Shown here: piece by piece, positions 1 to 9,179 of the stretch | Layout of the letters: every line of letters begins with the position of its first letter | Numbering within the stretch: position 1 is the stretch's first letter | Assembly: GCA_964436855.1 (NCBI GenBank) | Contig: CAYTED010000002.1 | Coordinates: 13,925 to 77,924 of the forward strand | Origin: an uncultured Bdellovibrionales bacterium | GTDB lineage: Bacteria; Patescibacteriota; Minisyncoccia; Moranbacterales; UBA1568 | Length of the DNA stretch: 64,000 bases | Direction: 5' to 3' | Notes under the pieces: model-generated | The model's input: only the letters and a program-made list of their open reading frames with translations | The model's database searches: none | What the model was told of the DNA's origin: nothing | Made by a program: the position numbers and the translations under genes

Positions 1-40
1 TTTGTCGCTGTATCCAATGCTGCAAATCTGTGTTGATCAT
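1..40 (-). CDS. Possible 5' end of a gene running off the window (MINTDLQHWIQRQ...)
   Basis: ATG at 40, frame open to the window edge; only 13 codons visible. Confidence 0.3.
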   Translation of the reverse strand, partial: MINTDLQHWIQRQ

Positions 41-136
41 ATGGGTGATATAAAATGGTCACTTACTTTTAGTGAGATTGAAAAGGAGTAGGACGTATCT
101 ATTCTACTACACGTTTTTTGGCAAGCCCAAAAAAGA

Positions 137-258
137 TACCAGTCGAGGTCTACCAATCGAGGTTACCAATCGAGGTCGGTCCTCGACTATTCAAATCGTC
201 CTTTTTACGAAGGATCTTTACAAAGGACCACCTCTTTACAAAGGACCGTCCTTTGTAG
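137..258. repeat. Two REP-like palindromes with reiterated left arms
   Basis: TACCA(G/A)TCGAGGT x3 then CGGTCCTCGACT; CTTTAC(G/A)AAGGA-like unit x3 ending in TACAAAGGACCGTCCTTTGTA. Confidence 0.75.
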
Positions 259-358
259 GTTACGTGGATGATTGTAGACAGTGCCGGAATTGGACTTTTT
301 TATGACGTAAGAAAAAACACTTGCTAGCGCGCCTTTGGCGTGACCCTTTTCTGTTTCT

Positions 359-1048
359 TCAAATCTTTGCTAATTTCTTTAACTTTAATCCTGCACTAGT
401 AGTGGTTATTCCTGGCATATTTTTTATATGATTTTCAATCTCGTTGATTGACTTTTTTGGTGTGTAGGTATAGATATCATTGGCGAATACATCCAAAAAA
501 TGTTTCTTCAGAGTATCTAGATCAACTTCTTCGCCTTCTGGTCTTGTCTGAGAATGTACAACAAGTTCCGCGAGCTTCTGTTGTACCACCCTAGCCCTTT
601 CCTCTGTTGTTACCCAAAAGAAATCATTATTTTTTTTTGCAAAATCCTCAATTAAATCTCCGTAATCGTAAAAATCAGCTATCAACTTCAATTCGTCTTG
701 ATCGAAATCACTAACAAAAAGATGTGCATAATTCTTCCAACTCTTTGTCGGAAAGAGTGACGGTAAGTCCTCCGTGTTTCCTATCTGAAGCCTCTCTTTT
801 AATTGATCGATTCTGTTCTCTGCAGTTCGAATCTCTAGCAAAAGCACTCTTGCTGCTTGAACTTTCGTATCAGATTTTTGCTTCAAATAAATAAAAATTG
901 CAACACTTCCAACTAAAAGGGTAATGAAGGAAGAAAATGCTGATGAATTAATAACGCTATAATGGAATTTATAAAAGTAATAACTCAGGCTTAGGAAAAT
1001 ACCAAAAACCAATATATAGAAACTTACTTCGTTCTTTGTAAATTTCAT
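359..1048 (-). CDS. Hypothetical membrane protein (2 N-terminal TM segments plus a helical domain)
   Basis: 229-aa ORF with hydrophobic N-terminus; visibly AT-rich. Confidence 0.8.
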   Translation of the reverse strand: MKFTKNEVSFYILVFGIFLSLSYYFYKFHYSVINSSAFSSFITLLVGSVAIFIYLKQKSDTKVQAARVLLLEIRTAENRIDQLKERLQIGNTEDLPSLFPTKSWKNYAHLFVSDFDQDELKLIADFYDYGDLIEDFAKKNNDFFWVTTEERARVVQQKLAELVVHSQTRPEGEEVDLDTLKKHFLDVFANDIYTYTPKKSINEIENHIKNMPGITTTSAGLKLKKLAKI

Positions 1049-1080
1049 ATTCTTTGGGATTTTAATTTCAATTAGTTATG

Positions 1081-1115
1081 AAAGAGCGGAGGAAAAAATC
1101 CTCCGCTCTTTTTTT
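1081..1115. terminator. Intrinsic terminator downstream of dnaK
   Basis: AAAGAGCGGAGGA-loop-TCCTCCGCTCTTT stem followed by a T tract. Confidence 0.8.
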
Positions 1116-1121
1116 GTTACG

Positions 1122-3032
1122 CTATTTTTTCTCGCCATTATCTTCGACCTCGGCGTCCTTTGGCGCGTCAGCTGCTGCTTCGCCTTCTGGTTTGGCATCT
1201 CCTGGCTGCTGTGAAGCTTGGGAAGCTTCTGAAGCTGCTTTGTAGAGTTTTTCGCCGATCTTTTGGGCGGACTGAGAGAGCGCTTCGGTCGCCTTCTTGA
1301 TCGCTTCGAGGTCGTCGCCATTTTTGACTTTGTTTAATTCAGTGATTGCTTCCTCAACGGGCTTCTTTTCATCTGCCGTGATCTTGTCTCCTGCGTCCTT
1401 GAGCGCCTTTTCGGTCGTGTAGGAAAGGGTGTCTGCCATATTGCGCGCTTCGATGAGTTCTTTTTTGCGCTTGTCCTCTTCGGCGTGCAGTTCGGCATCT
1501 TTCTTCATACGCTCGATCTCGTCTTTGGAGAGTCCGGTCGAGGATTCGATACGAATGTTTTGCGTTTTTCCGGTTGCTTTGTCTTTCGCCGTAACGGTAA
1601 GAATTCCCGATGCATCGATGTCGAAGGTGACTTCGATCTGCGGCATACCGCGTGGCGCCGGTGGAATACCATCGAGGATGAATCGTCCGAGGGATTTGTT
1701 GTCATTTGCCATCTCGCGCTCTCCCTGGAGAACGTGAATTTCTACCGATGGCTGATTGTCTGCTGCGGTTGAAAAGACCTGGGAGCGATTGACCGGGACC
1801 GTCGTGTTTCGGTCGATAAGCGGCGTGCGGACACCTCCCATGGTTTCGATGCCGAATGTCAGCGGCGTCACATCGAGGAGGAGCACGTCTTTCACCGATC
1901 CTTCGAGGACACCTCCCTGGATCGCTGCTCCTGCCGCCACGACTTCATCCGGGTTTACCGAAATATTCGGTTTTTTGCCGAAAAATTTTTCTACTTGCGT
2001 GAGGACGAGCGGCATACGAGTCATACCACCGACCAAGACGACTTCGTTGATATCACTTGCGGAGAGCTTGGCATCGGCGAGCGCTTTCTTCACTGGTTCG
2101 AATGATGCTTCGACGAGATCGCCGACGAGTTCTTCGAGTTTCGCTCGGGTCAGTTTCATAACCAAGTGTTTCGGTCCATTGGCATCGCTCGTGATAAATG
2201 GCTGATTGATCTCGGTGTCCTGTGCGGTCGAGAGTTCGATCTTCGCCTTTTCCGCGCTTTCCTTGATGCGCTGGAGTGCGAGCGGATCTTTGCCGAGGTC
2301 GATCCCCTCTTGCTTCTTGAATTCATCGAGAATCCAATGAATGATGCGCTGGTCGAAGTCGTCTCCACCGAGATGGGTATCACCATTGGTCGATTTTACT
2401 TCCACGGTATCTTCGGCGACTTCGAGGATAGAGATATCGAATGTTCCACCGCCGAGGTCGTAGACGGCGATTTTCTCGTCTTTCTTTTTGTTGAATCCGT
2501 AGGCGAGTGCGGCCGCGGTCGGTTCGTTGATGATTCGACGAACATTGAAACCGGCGATTTCTCCTGCTTCTTTGGTTGCTTTTCTCTGTGAGTCGTCGAA
2601 ATATGCCGGGACCGTGATGACTGCATCGGTGATTTTTTCGCCGAGTTTTTCTTCGGCGTCTGCTTTCAGTTTTGCGAGGATCATCGCGGAGATTTCCTGT
2701 GGAGAATATTCCTTGCCGCCCATCACGATCTTCACGCCTTCCCCTGCCTGGATCACTTTGTAGGGAAGAGTTTTCATATCGCGCTTCACTTCGTCGTCGT
2801 TGAAGTGGCGTCCGATCAAGCGCTTGACGGAGAAGAGCGTGTTTTCCGGATTGGTAACGCTCTGGCGCTTAGCGAGGAGTCCGACGAGTCGCTCCCCGGT
2901 TTTTGAGATCGCGACCATGGATGGCGTAGTGCGCGCGCCTTCTTTGTTTTCGACGATGGTCGGACTTCCGCCTTCGACGAACGCCATTGCGGAGTTTGTT
3001 GTACCGAGATCGATTCCGAGTATTTTAGCCAT
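1122..3032 (-). CDS. dnaK: Chaperone DnaK (Hsp70)
   Basis: [17 protein letters not shown] and [10 protein letters not shown] motifs; 636 aa. Confidence 0.99.
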   Translation of the reverse strand: MAKILGIDLGTTNSAMAFVEGGSPTIVENKEGARTTPSMVAISKTGERLVGLLAKRQSVTNPENTLFSVKRLIGRHFNDDEVKRDMKTLPYKVIQAGEGVKIVMGGKEYSPQEISAMILAKLKADAEEKLGEKITDAVITVPAYFDDSQRKATKEAGEIAGFNVRRIINEPTAAALAYGFNKKKDEKIAVYDLGGGTFDISILEVAEDTVEVKSTNGDTHLGGDDFDQRIIHWILDEFKKQEGIDLGKDPLALQRIKESAEKAKIELSTAQDTEINQPFITSDANGPKHLVMKLTRAKLEELVGDLVEASFEPVKKALADAKLSASDINEVVLVGGMTRMPLVLTQVEKFFGKKPNISVNPDEVVAAGAAIQGGVLEGSVKDVLLLDVTPLTFGIETMGGVRTPLIDRNTTVPVNRSQVFSTAADNQPSVEIHVLQGEREMANDNKSLGRFILDGIPPAPRGMPQIEVTFDIDASGILTVTAKDKATGKTQNIRIESSTGLSKDEIERMKKDAELHAEEDKRKKELIEARNMADTLSYTTEKALKDAGDKITADEKKPVEEAITELNKVKNGDDLEAIKKATEALSQSAQKIGEKLYKAASEASQASQQPGDAKPEGEAAADAPKDAEVEDNGEKK

Positions 3033-3077
3033 ATGATTTTTATAAATGATTTACGATTGATGATTTATGAATTCTGA

Positions 3078-3153
3078 ACCCCTCCCTACCCTCCCCTTTG
3101 ACCCGCTTCGACGGAGCGATAGCGAGGCGAGAAGGGGAGGTGGAAGAGTGGGG
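3078..3153. repeat. CCCCTCCC...CCCTCCCCTT...AAGGGGAGG palindromic element with a nested hairpin
   Basis: Intergenic copy related to the in-frame elements in secA (41463-41528) and trmD (51251-51350). Confidence 0.7.
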
Positions 3154-3160
3154 ATGACCG

Positions 3161-3688
3161 TTACGCGGACGTAACCGTCACCTTTGCGGCGCGGATCACT
3201 CTCTCTCCTATCCTGAATCCGTTCTGAATCACTTTCATGACGAGTTGCTTTTCTGTTGTCTCATTCTTTTTTCCTTCTATTGCTTCGCTACTGATCGCTT
3301 CCATGGTGGTGGGATTGAATGCATCGCCTACTTTCACTTCGATCGTTGCCACGCCATTTTCAGTGAGTACTTTTTCGAGTTGCTTTTCGATGTACTGAAT
3401 GCCGGTTACCCAGGGGCTTCCCCTCTCTTCTTCCGGTACGTGTTCGGTCGCCATTCGGAAGTTGTCCATCACCGGAATAATATCGAGAATAAGTTTTTCG
3501 GTGAGATAGCCAGTGAGTTCTTTCTGTTGCTCGGCTTGCCGCTTTTTGTAGTTTTCAAAATCTGCCTGAAGACGTTTGAGATCATTCAAATATTCATTTG
3601 CTTTTTCTTCCCAATTTGGCGATGCAGTTTCTTCTGTTGCGACTTCTTTATTTTCTATTTCTTCGTCCTTCTTTTTTCCTTTGGTCAT
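3161..3688 (-). CDS. grpE: Nucleotide exchange factor GrpE
   Basis: RLQADFENYKKR and RVIRAAKVTV motifs; lies between hrcA and dnaK. Confidence 0.97.
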   Translation of the reverse strand: MTKGKKKDEEIENKEVATEETASPNWEEKANEYLNDLKRLQADFENYKKRQAEQQKELTGYLTEKLILDIIPVMDNFRMATEHVPEEERGSPWVTGIQYIEKQLEKVLTENGVATIEVKVGDAFNPTTMEAISSEAIEGKKNETTEKQLVMKVIQNGFRIGERVIRAAKVTVTSA

Positions 3689-3699
3689 AGGTTTTTCAT

Positions 3700-3797
3700 T
3701 AATTTCGAATTTTTAATTTTGAATTTCGAATCAATGTTTAAAAAATTAATGATTCAAACATTCAATCAAAATTCGAGTTTCAAAATTCAGAATTAAA
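3700..3797. repeat. AT-rich ~7-bp-period tandem tract arranged as an inverted repeat
   Basis: AATTTCG/AATTTTT/AATTTTG units and their complements; similar tracts near 3045, 5911, 10948, 22495, 49553, 51353, 51608 and 53148. Confidence 0.7.
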
Positions 3798-4562
3798 TTA
3801 GGTGATTATGGAAATTATTGCTGTGGATGAGATGATGACAATCATGTTCGCTCCTGATGATCCCAAGAGTTTCTTCATATACTCAATGAGGGATTTGTTC
3901 TTGGCATAGTCCATACGTTTCGGACCGATAATTGCGAGCACCCCTTTCCCTTCTTTGCTTTCGTATGGCGCGACGACCATAGAACAGTTGGAAATTTCTT
4001 TGATGGGATTTTCTTCGCCGATAAAGATATGCGTCTCGCCGTCTTTGAGATTGACGAGAATAGTGTCGAGTTTTTCATCGAGCGAATCGAGGGTTTCCAC
4101 GACGCGGCAGAGTTCGTCGATTTCTTGAAATTCCGGTTTTTCCATCAATTCCTTCATTCCAAAGTCGTAGAACTCATCTTTATCAATAAGGCCAGATACG
4201 ACGAGATTCCCTGAAAGTGCTGAAAGGAGTTTGGTCGTGCTTCGACCCATACGTGCTTGCTTTGCTTTCATCATGAGGAGTTCTTTTTGAAGGCGACGCT
4301 GATCTTCTCGCGAGAGATCCTCATCTCCCATCATTTCTTCGACATAGAAGCGATATCCAGCATCGGTTGGAATACGTCCAGCAGAAATATGAGGTTGGTA
4401 GAGGTAACCCTCCTCTTCGAGTTCGACCATATCATTACGGAGTGTGGCGGAACTGACGGGAAATTCGAAATGTTCCAAAAGCGCCTGCGATCCGACAGGA
4501 ATCGCGGTTTTGGTATAGAGTTCAACGATTCCGGAGAGAATTTGTTTTTGACGGGAGTTCAT
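3798..4562 (-). CDS. hrcA: Heat-inducible transcription repressor HrcA (short form)
   Basis: SSATLRNDMVELE, QPHISAGRIPTDAGYRFYV and IIGPKRMDY motifs. Confidence 0.96.
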   Translation of the reverse strand: MNSRQKQILSGIVELYTKTAIPVGSQALLEHFEFPVSSATLRNDMVELEEEGYLYQPHISAGRIPTDAGYRFYVEEMMGDEDLSREDQRRLQKELLMMKAKQARMGRSTTKLLSALSGNLVVSGLIDKDEFYDFGMKELMEKPEFQEIDELCRVVETLDSLDEKLDTILVNLKDGETHIFIGEENPIKEISNCSMVVAPYESKEGKGVLAIIGPKRMDYAKNKSLIEYMKKLLGSSGANMIVIISSTAIISIIT

Positions 4563-4623
4563 AGGTCAGTAAACAGAGAGCAAATAACAATCAACAAAAA
4601 ACAGAGAAATATGCTGTAAATTT

Positions 4624-4665
4624 AGTATAAAAAATGATTTAGCAGTCGTCAAGTGAGAGTGCTAA
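4624..4665 (-). promoter_or_regulatory. CIRCE operator overlapping a sigma70 promoter
   Basis: TTAGCAGTC-N9-GAGTGCTAA at 4639-4665 (one mismatch to CIRCE); minus strand reads TTGACG-17-TATACT. Confidence 0.93.
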
Positions 4666-4680
4666 TATTGAAATCTTCGT

Positions 4681-4718
4681 AAAAAAAGTTGCCCCGCAAA
4701 GGTGGTCCTTGCAGGGGC
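4681..4718 (-). terminator. Intrinsic terminator of the small-ORF unit
   Basis: GCCCCTGCAAGG-ACCA-CCTTTGCGGGGC followed by AACT7 on the minus strand. Confidence 0.7.
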
Positions 4719-4806
4719 GTTGGTACTATACCGGATTGGTCGATCCGGCGTTTCTGCTTATCTCCCAAGCGCTTTTTTTGAGGGAGACTTTAGTGCAGTC
4801 AGTTGA

Positions 4807-5040
4807 TTACTCCATACAGCTCTGACCACAGAGGTTGCAGAACTCTGTGTTGCCTTGCGTATGGAAGTGGTGGAATGCTGTTGAGGCAGGCATCGTTTGC
4901 CGATGATTCGCCAAACAAACCACGGTTCTTACTTGTGGGGCCCCGTGTGGAACAAGACCCGCATGTCCGGGGAATGCGCCAGCGCTGATATCGATTCCAG
5001 CGAAAGCATCTCGCACGACTTCCTGATAGTCTTTACTCAT
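4807..5040 (-). CDS. Small His/Cys-rich hypothetical protein
   Basis: TAAGGAGG SD just before ATG; C-terminal HHFH...CNLCGQSC. Confidence 0.65.
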   Translation of the reverse strand: MSKDYQEVVRDAFAGIDISAGAFPGHAGLVPHGAPQVRTVVCLANHRQTMPASTAFHHFHTQGNTEFCNLCGQSCME

Positions 5041-5050
5041 GATTTCCTCC

Positions 5051-5234
5051 TTATTTGCAAGGGTTTACGCACGATTGGCAGTAGTGGCAACGCCCGTCGT
5101 AGCGTTGACGAGCCTTGTTCCGAGGGATATACCAGACTTTGCCCCCAGAGTCTTTCAATCGATTGCAGCGAAACAATTGTTCGGTGCCCCCCCTGCTTGT
5201 CTGCCCCATTGCTTCCTTTGTGCTTCTTTCCCAT
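5051..5234 (-). pseudogene. Small Cys-rich protein split by a G7 tract (alternative reading: intact 65-aa ORF 5037-5234)
   Basis: GGAGG SD before ATG 5234; removing one G at 5187-5193 joins MGKKHKGSNGADKQGG to TEQLFRC...CHYCQSCVNPCK*. Confidence 0.45.
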
Positions 5235-5252
5235 TTTCTCCTCCGGTTTTGG

Positions 5253-5504
5253 TTACGCTTCCGCGCCGAGTTGGCTCTGATCGTGTAGTTCTCCATAGAG
5301 ACGTGTCATATGAAGTCCGAGACACAGTTCTCGCGAGGGATAGCACCGATTGAGATCTGAAGAAAAACACAATTTTCCTTTATAATGCATGCACGCGTCG
5401 CAGGGCTGCATCGTTTTTCCGTCGCAGCGCGCGCATTCTTCGAGAGTTTCTCCTTCTTTTCCCGGCTCGATGCCGAGGTTTTGCTTTCCGGTGCAATCGA
5501 CCAT
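5253..5504 (-). CDS. Small Cys-rich (Zn-finger-like) hypothetical protein
   Basis: GGAGG SD before ATG 5504; CARC...CDAC plus further Cys residues. Confidence 0.55.
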   Translation of the reverse strand: MVDCTGKQNLGIEPGKEGETLEECARCDGKTMQPCDACMHYKGKLCFSSDLNRCYPSRELCLGLHMTRLYGELHDQSQLGAEA

Positions 5505-5595
5505 TTCTGTGTCCTCCGTATTGGGATGAAGTGGGATAACCTTGGTACCTTGTCGGGTCATCACCCCTTCAAATTGGGAAAAAAACTCTGTGCCA

Positions 5596-5624
5596 AGTGT
5601 AGAAAAAATTATTTCTTTTGTAAA
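5596..5624 (-). promoter_or_regulatory. sigma70-like promoter for the small-ORF unit
   Basis: TTTACA-17-TACACT on the minus strand. Confidence 0.6.
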
Positions 5625-5661
5625 TTAAATCCATTTGAGAGAATCTTCTCGCTGGGTTTTG

Positions 5662-5910
5662 TCATTTTTTCGTGTTGTTCGGAATGGGATCGATACCGCC
5701 TTTTGCCCACGGATGGCAGCGGAACATTCTCCGGAGTCCGAGTGAAATGCCGCGCAGCACTCCGAATCGATCAATTGCTTGGTAGGTGTACTCGCTGCAA
5801 CTCGGGTAAAATCGACACCATTTCTCTCCGAGAATGATTCCGAGAATCCCGTGATCAAGCGAGAGCGTTTTCTGATAGAAGCGGATGAGAGAAAGGAGGA
5901 GTTTTTTCAT
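5662..5910 (-). CDS. yidD: Membrane protein insertion efficiency factor YidD
   Basis: [10 protein letters not shown] and [12 protein letters not shown] motifs. Confidence 0.95.
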   Translation of the reverse strand: MKKLLLSLIRFYQKTLSLDHGILGIILGEKWCRFYPSCSEYTYQAIDRFGVLRGISLGLRRMFRCHPWAKGGIDPIPNNTKK

Positions 5911-5976
5911 AATTTTGAATTTTGAAACTCGAATTTTACATCAAATCGGAATTTCTCAATTCTTGAATTAAAAATT

Positions 5977-5996
5977 CCTGTCTGCCGACAGGCAGG
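5977..5996. repeat. 20-bp imperfect palindrome CCTGTCTGCCGACAGGCAGG inside a heptamer tract
   Basis: Identical copy at 30764-30783. Confidence 0.85.
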
Positions 5997-6111
5997 GATT
6001 CGAAATTCAGAATTTAAAATTCGAATTTTCAGGATGACGAAGGAATGCTTTTTAGGTATAATGGAAACAAATGAAAACCGCAAATACAAAGCAATATAAC
6101 AAAAAGCCGCT

Positions 6112-7020
6112 ATGCGAATGATCAAACACAAAAAAGTAACGTGGATCGATTTCGAGGATCCGCATGAGGACGATATCCTCTATCTTCAGGAAAATTTCAA
6201 CATTCATCCGCTCGCGATCGAAGAATTTGTCACACCGACCTATCAGCCAAAGGTGGTGCAATACGATCATTGCGTCTTCCTCTCCGTACACATCCCCCTC
6301 TTCGACGTCGAGCATCGGACAACGTATCCGGGCGAACTTGATATTATTCTCACCAAAGATCATTTGATTACCGGTCACAAACAGTCGATTTATCAGCTCG
6401 AGAAATTTTTCGACGAGGCGCGAAAGAGCGAGGGAAAACGCCGACTTTTCTTCGAGGAGAGTCCGACGCATCTTCTTTATCGTCTCCTTGAGATTCTCTT
6501 GAACTCGTGTTTTCCTCGGCTCAATCATATTTCCGAAAAACTGAATTATATCGAGTCGCAAGTTTTTTCGGAAAAAGAAAAAGAAATGGTGTACGAAATT
6601 TCCGTTCTGAAACGGGATATCTTGAATTTTCGTCGGACGCTCAAACCGCAGCGATCCATTCTCGAGTCCTTGCTTGCGAAGAATCATCCGTTTGTTTCGG
6701 AGGAACTCAAAATTTATTTTCAGGATCTGATCGGCACGAATATCCGGATTTGGAATATCCTTGAATCAAGCAAAGAAACTATTGAGGCGCTTGAAGCGAC
6801 CAATAATTCCCTTCTTTCAAACAAACTCGATCTTACAATGAAAATCCTTACGATTTTCTCGGCGGTACTTCTTCCAATGTCGGTCTATACCAATATGCTT
6901 GCGATGAGCGCGGCGATCCCGTTTGGAAACAATCCGAACGCGTTTTGGATTCATGCAGCGATTATGTTCGCGATCGCGGCCATTACGGTCGTTCTCTTCA
7001 AGTGGAAGAAGTGGTTTTGA
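6112..7020 (+). CDS. corA: CorA-family divalent cation transporter
   Basis: FNIHPLAIEE, MKILTIFS and two C-terminal TMs; the GMN signature reads AMS. Confidence 0.9.
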   Translation: MRMIKHKKVTWIDFEDPHEDDILYLQENFNIHPLAIEEFVTPTYQPKVVQYDHCVFLSVHIPLFDVEHRTTYPGELDIILTKDHLITGHKQSIYQLEKFFDEARKSEGKRRLFFEESPTHLLYRLLEILLNSCFPRLNHISEKLNYIESQVFSEKEKEMVYEISVLKRDILNFRRTLKPQRSILESLLAKNHPFVSEELKIYFQDLIGTNIRIWNILESSKETIEALEATNNSLLSNKLDLTMKILTIFSAVLLPMSVYTNMLAMSAAIPFGNNPNAFWIHAAIMFAIAAITVVLFKWKKWF

Positions 7021-7050
7021 TGAGAGGGAATCTTGAACAGCGTCCCCTTC

Positions 7051-7123
7051 TGTTATTCCGAGCCTGTCGAGGAATCTCACTCGTATCATACCTGAAGATC
7101 CCTCGGCTTCGCTCGGGATGACA
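7051..7123. repeat. REP-like inverted doublet (GTYATYCC family)
   Basis: TGTTATTCCGAG..CGAGGAATCT and AGATCCCTCG..CTCGGGATGACA. Confidence 0.8.
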
Positions 7124-7222
7124 CAAAACAAGTTGTTTTTTTGAAAAATCAAAACGCCGGGCGCGATTGCTATCGTACGCCGGCGCCTGGGTGTCTTTAT
7201 ATCCCTTCCTCCCTATACGGAA

Positions 7223-7513
7223 TCACACCTTGTATGCGTGGGAGATGAGGTTTATGAATCCTACCAAAAGTAGGAGTAGGATCCATGAATTGATGATGTA
7301 GATCCTCATCATGATGAGTGTGATGATGCGCTCTTGAGTTGCGATCTGGGAAAGGATTTTTGGGAATTGATGATGTCCCGAAGTGAGCCTTTCATCCAAT
7401 TCACTTCTTTTTCTTTTCTCTATTTCGAGCCTTGATTCTTCTGTTGTTCGCAACCCAAGAATGAGTGCGAGTATAGCGCATACCACGATGAGAATCATCA
7501 AATGAACAGACAT
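7223..7513 (-). CDS. Small hypothetical membrane protein (2 TM)
   Basis: AGAGGG SD before ATG 7513; upstream TTGACA-17-TACAAA; downstream hairpin. Confidence 0.6.
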   Translation of the reverse strand: MSVHLMILIVVCAILALILGLRTTEESRLEIEKRKRSELDERLTSGHHQFPKILSQIATQERIITLIMMRIYIINSWILLLLLVGFINLISHAYKV

Positions 7514-7645
7514 TTCGTTCCCTCTTCTGGTTGGAAAAGAATGATTTTTTGTACCATTTGAATACTTCTTTGTCAACAGTCGGAAAAGCTCGGAAATTTT
7601 GGTATGATTGAATTGTTTCCTGAATTTTTATCGGTTGAATCTATC

Positions 7646-7719
7646 TGTCATTCCCGCGGAGGCGGGAATCTAGGTTCCACAAACTATTTTTCTGGATCCC
7701 CGCCTCCGCGGGGATGACA
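7646..7719. repeat. REP-like inverted doublet with ATTCCC-N8-GGGAAT (dRS3-like) core
   Basis: TGTCATTCCCGCGGAGGCGGGAATCTAG ... CTGGATCCCCGCCTCCGCGGGGATGACA. Confidence 0.85.
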
Positions 7720-7754
7720 AGAGAAGTTATATTCTTTATTTTTCATTCTGCGAT

Positions 7755-9164
7755 ATGCGTTTCTACAACACACTCAAAAAGGAAAAGGAAGATTTTGTCT
7801 CTCTCGAAAAGGGCAAGGTCGGGCTCTATACTTGCGGTCCGACGGTGTACGACTATGCTCATATCGGCAATTTTCGTGCGTATTTTTTTGCCGATACGCT
7901 GCGACGGACGCTCGAGACGGCCGGCTACGAAGTGCGACATATCAAAAATATCACCGATGTCGGGCATATGACGGCCGACGATATCGCACAGGGCGACAGC
8001 GGTGAGGATAAAATGGTGAAGAAGGCGAAAGCGGAGAAGAAATCACCCGAAGAAATCGCGGCGTTTTTTGAGGAGCGGTTTCATGAGGACGAGACGGCGA
8101 TGAATATTCTCCGGGCGCATTTCTTCCCACGTGCGACGGCGCATATCCCGCAGATGATTCGAATGATAGAGGCTTTGATCGTAAATGGACACGCCTACGA
8201 ATCAAATGGAAATGTTTTTTTTGATGTAACGTCGTTTGATCGGTACGGAGCGCTTTCGGGGAATACTTTGAAAAAATTGAAGGTTGGTGCGCGGCTCGAA
8301 GAGCATCCGGACAAGCGAAATCCGTGGGATTTTGCGCTGTGGCTTGCGGCGCCCGCGGGGCACCTGATGCATTGGCCAAGTCCGTGGAGCGAAGGCTATC
8401 CCGGGTGGCATATCGAGTGCTCGGCAATGAGTGGCGAATACCTCGGTGATACATTCGATATCCATACCGGTGGCGAAGATAATATTTTCCCGCATCACGA
8501 AGCGGAGATCGCGCAGAGTGAATGCGTCCATAAGAAACCGTTTGTGAAATATTGGCTTCATACGCGGCATATTTTTGTTGACGGTGAGAAAATGTCGAAG
8601 TCAAAAGGGAATTTTTATCGACTCGCGGATATTCTTGATCGTGGATATTCTCCGATGGATCTCCGGATGGTGTATCTCGGGGCGCATTATCGTTCCCCGA
8701 TGACTTTTTCGTGGGACGTGCTTGATCAGGCGAAGAAAAATCGCGAGTTTTTGCTGAATACAGTCGAGCGACTTTCTTTGGCGGAATATACCGAGGATGC
8801 TGATTACTCTGGCGATGATTTCCGGGAGAAATTTGTCGCGGCGATAGAGGATGATCTGAACACCCCCCTCGCCCTTTCGGTTGCGCAGGAATATGCGCGG
8901 AGCGTGAATCAGGCGATCGATGCGGGAAAAACGCTTTCTTCGAACGTAAAGACTGATTTTGAATTGTTTCTTTTCAAGTATTTTGGTTTGCAGGCGGAGG
9001 AGGTTCTTGTTCCTGATGACGTGCAAACACTCGTCGAAACGCGCGAAGCCGCCCGTCTTGAGAAAAACTTTGCCGAATCCGATCGGTTGCGCGATCTCAT
9101 TCGTGAGAAAGGATTCGAAGTGGAAGATACTTCGTCCGGCCAGCGCATAAAAAAAGCCTCTTGA
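7755..9164 (+). CDS. cysS: Cysteine--tRNA ligase
   Basis: [21 protein letters not shown] and KMSKS motifs. Confidence 0.99.
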   Translation: MRFYNTLKKEKEDFVSLEKGKVGLYTCGPTVYDYAHIGNFRAYFFADTLRRTLETAGYEVRHIKNITDVGHMTADDIAQGDSGEDKMVKKAKAEKKSPEEIAAFFEERFHEDETAMNILRAHFFPRATAHIPQMIRMIEALIVNGHAYESNGNVFFDVTSFDRYGALSGNTLKKLKVGARLEEHPDKRNPWDFALWLAAPAGHLMHWPSPWSEGYPGWHIECSAMSGEYLGDTFDIHTGGEDNIFPHHEAEIAQSECVHKKPFVKYWLHTRHIFVDGEKMSKSKGNFYRLADILDRGYSPMDLRMVYLGAHYRSPMTFSWDVLDQAKKNREFLLNTVERLSLAEYTEDADYSGDDFREKFVAAIEDDLNTPLALSVAQEYARSVNQAIDAGKTLSSNVKTDFELFLFKYFGLQAEEVLVPDDVQTLVETREAARLEKNFAESDRLRDLIREKGFEVEDTSSGQRIKKAS

Positions 9165-9179
9165 CTCGCGGTAAGCGTG

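Noticed and set aside
137-258. Possible CRISPR array
   Set aside because: Units are 13-18 bp and abut without unique spacers; no cas genes in the window.
1076-3036. Many overlapping ORFs on dnaK (likewise on cysS, alaS, secA, murB and the acetate-CoA ligase)
   Set aside because: Antisense or alternate-frame shadows of well-supported genes, with no motifs of their own.
5253-5504. DnaJ zinc-finger fragment (CARCDGK) near dnaK
   Set aside because: Only one partial CxxCxGxG repeat and no J-domain or HPD motif.
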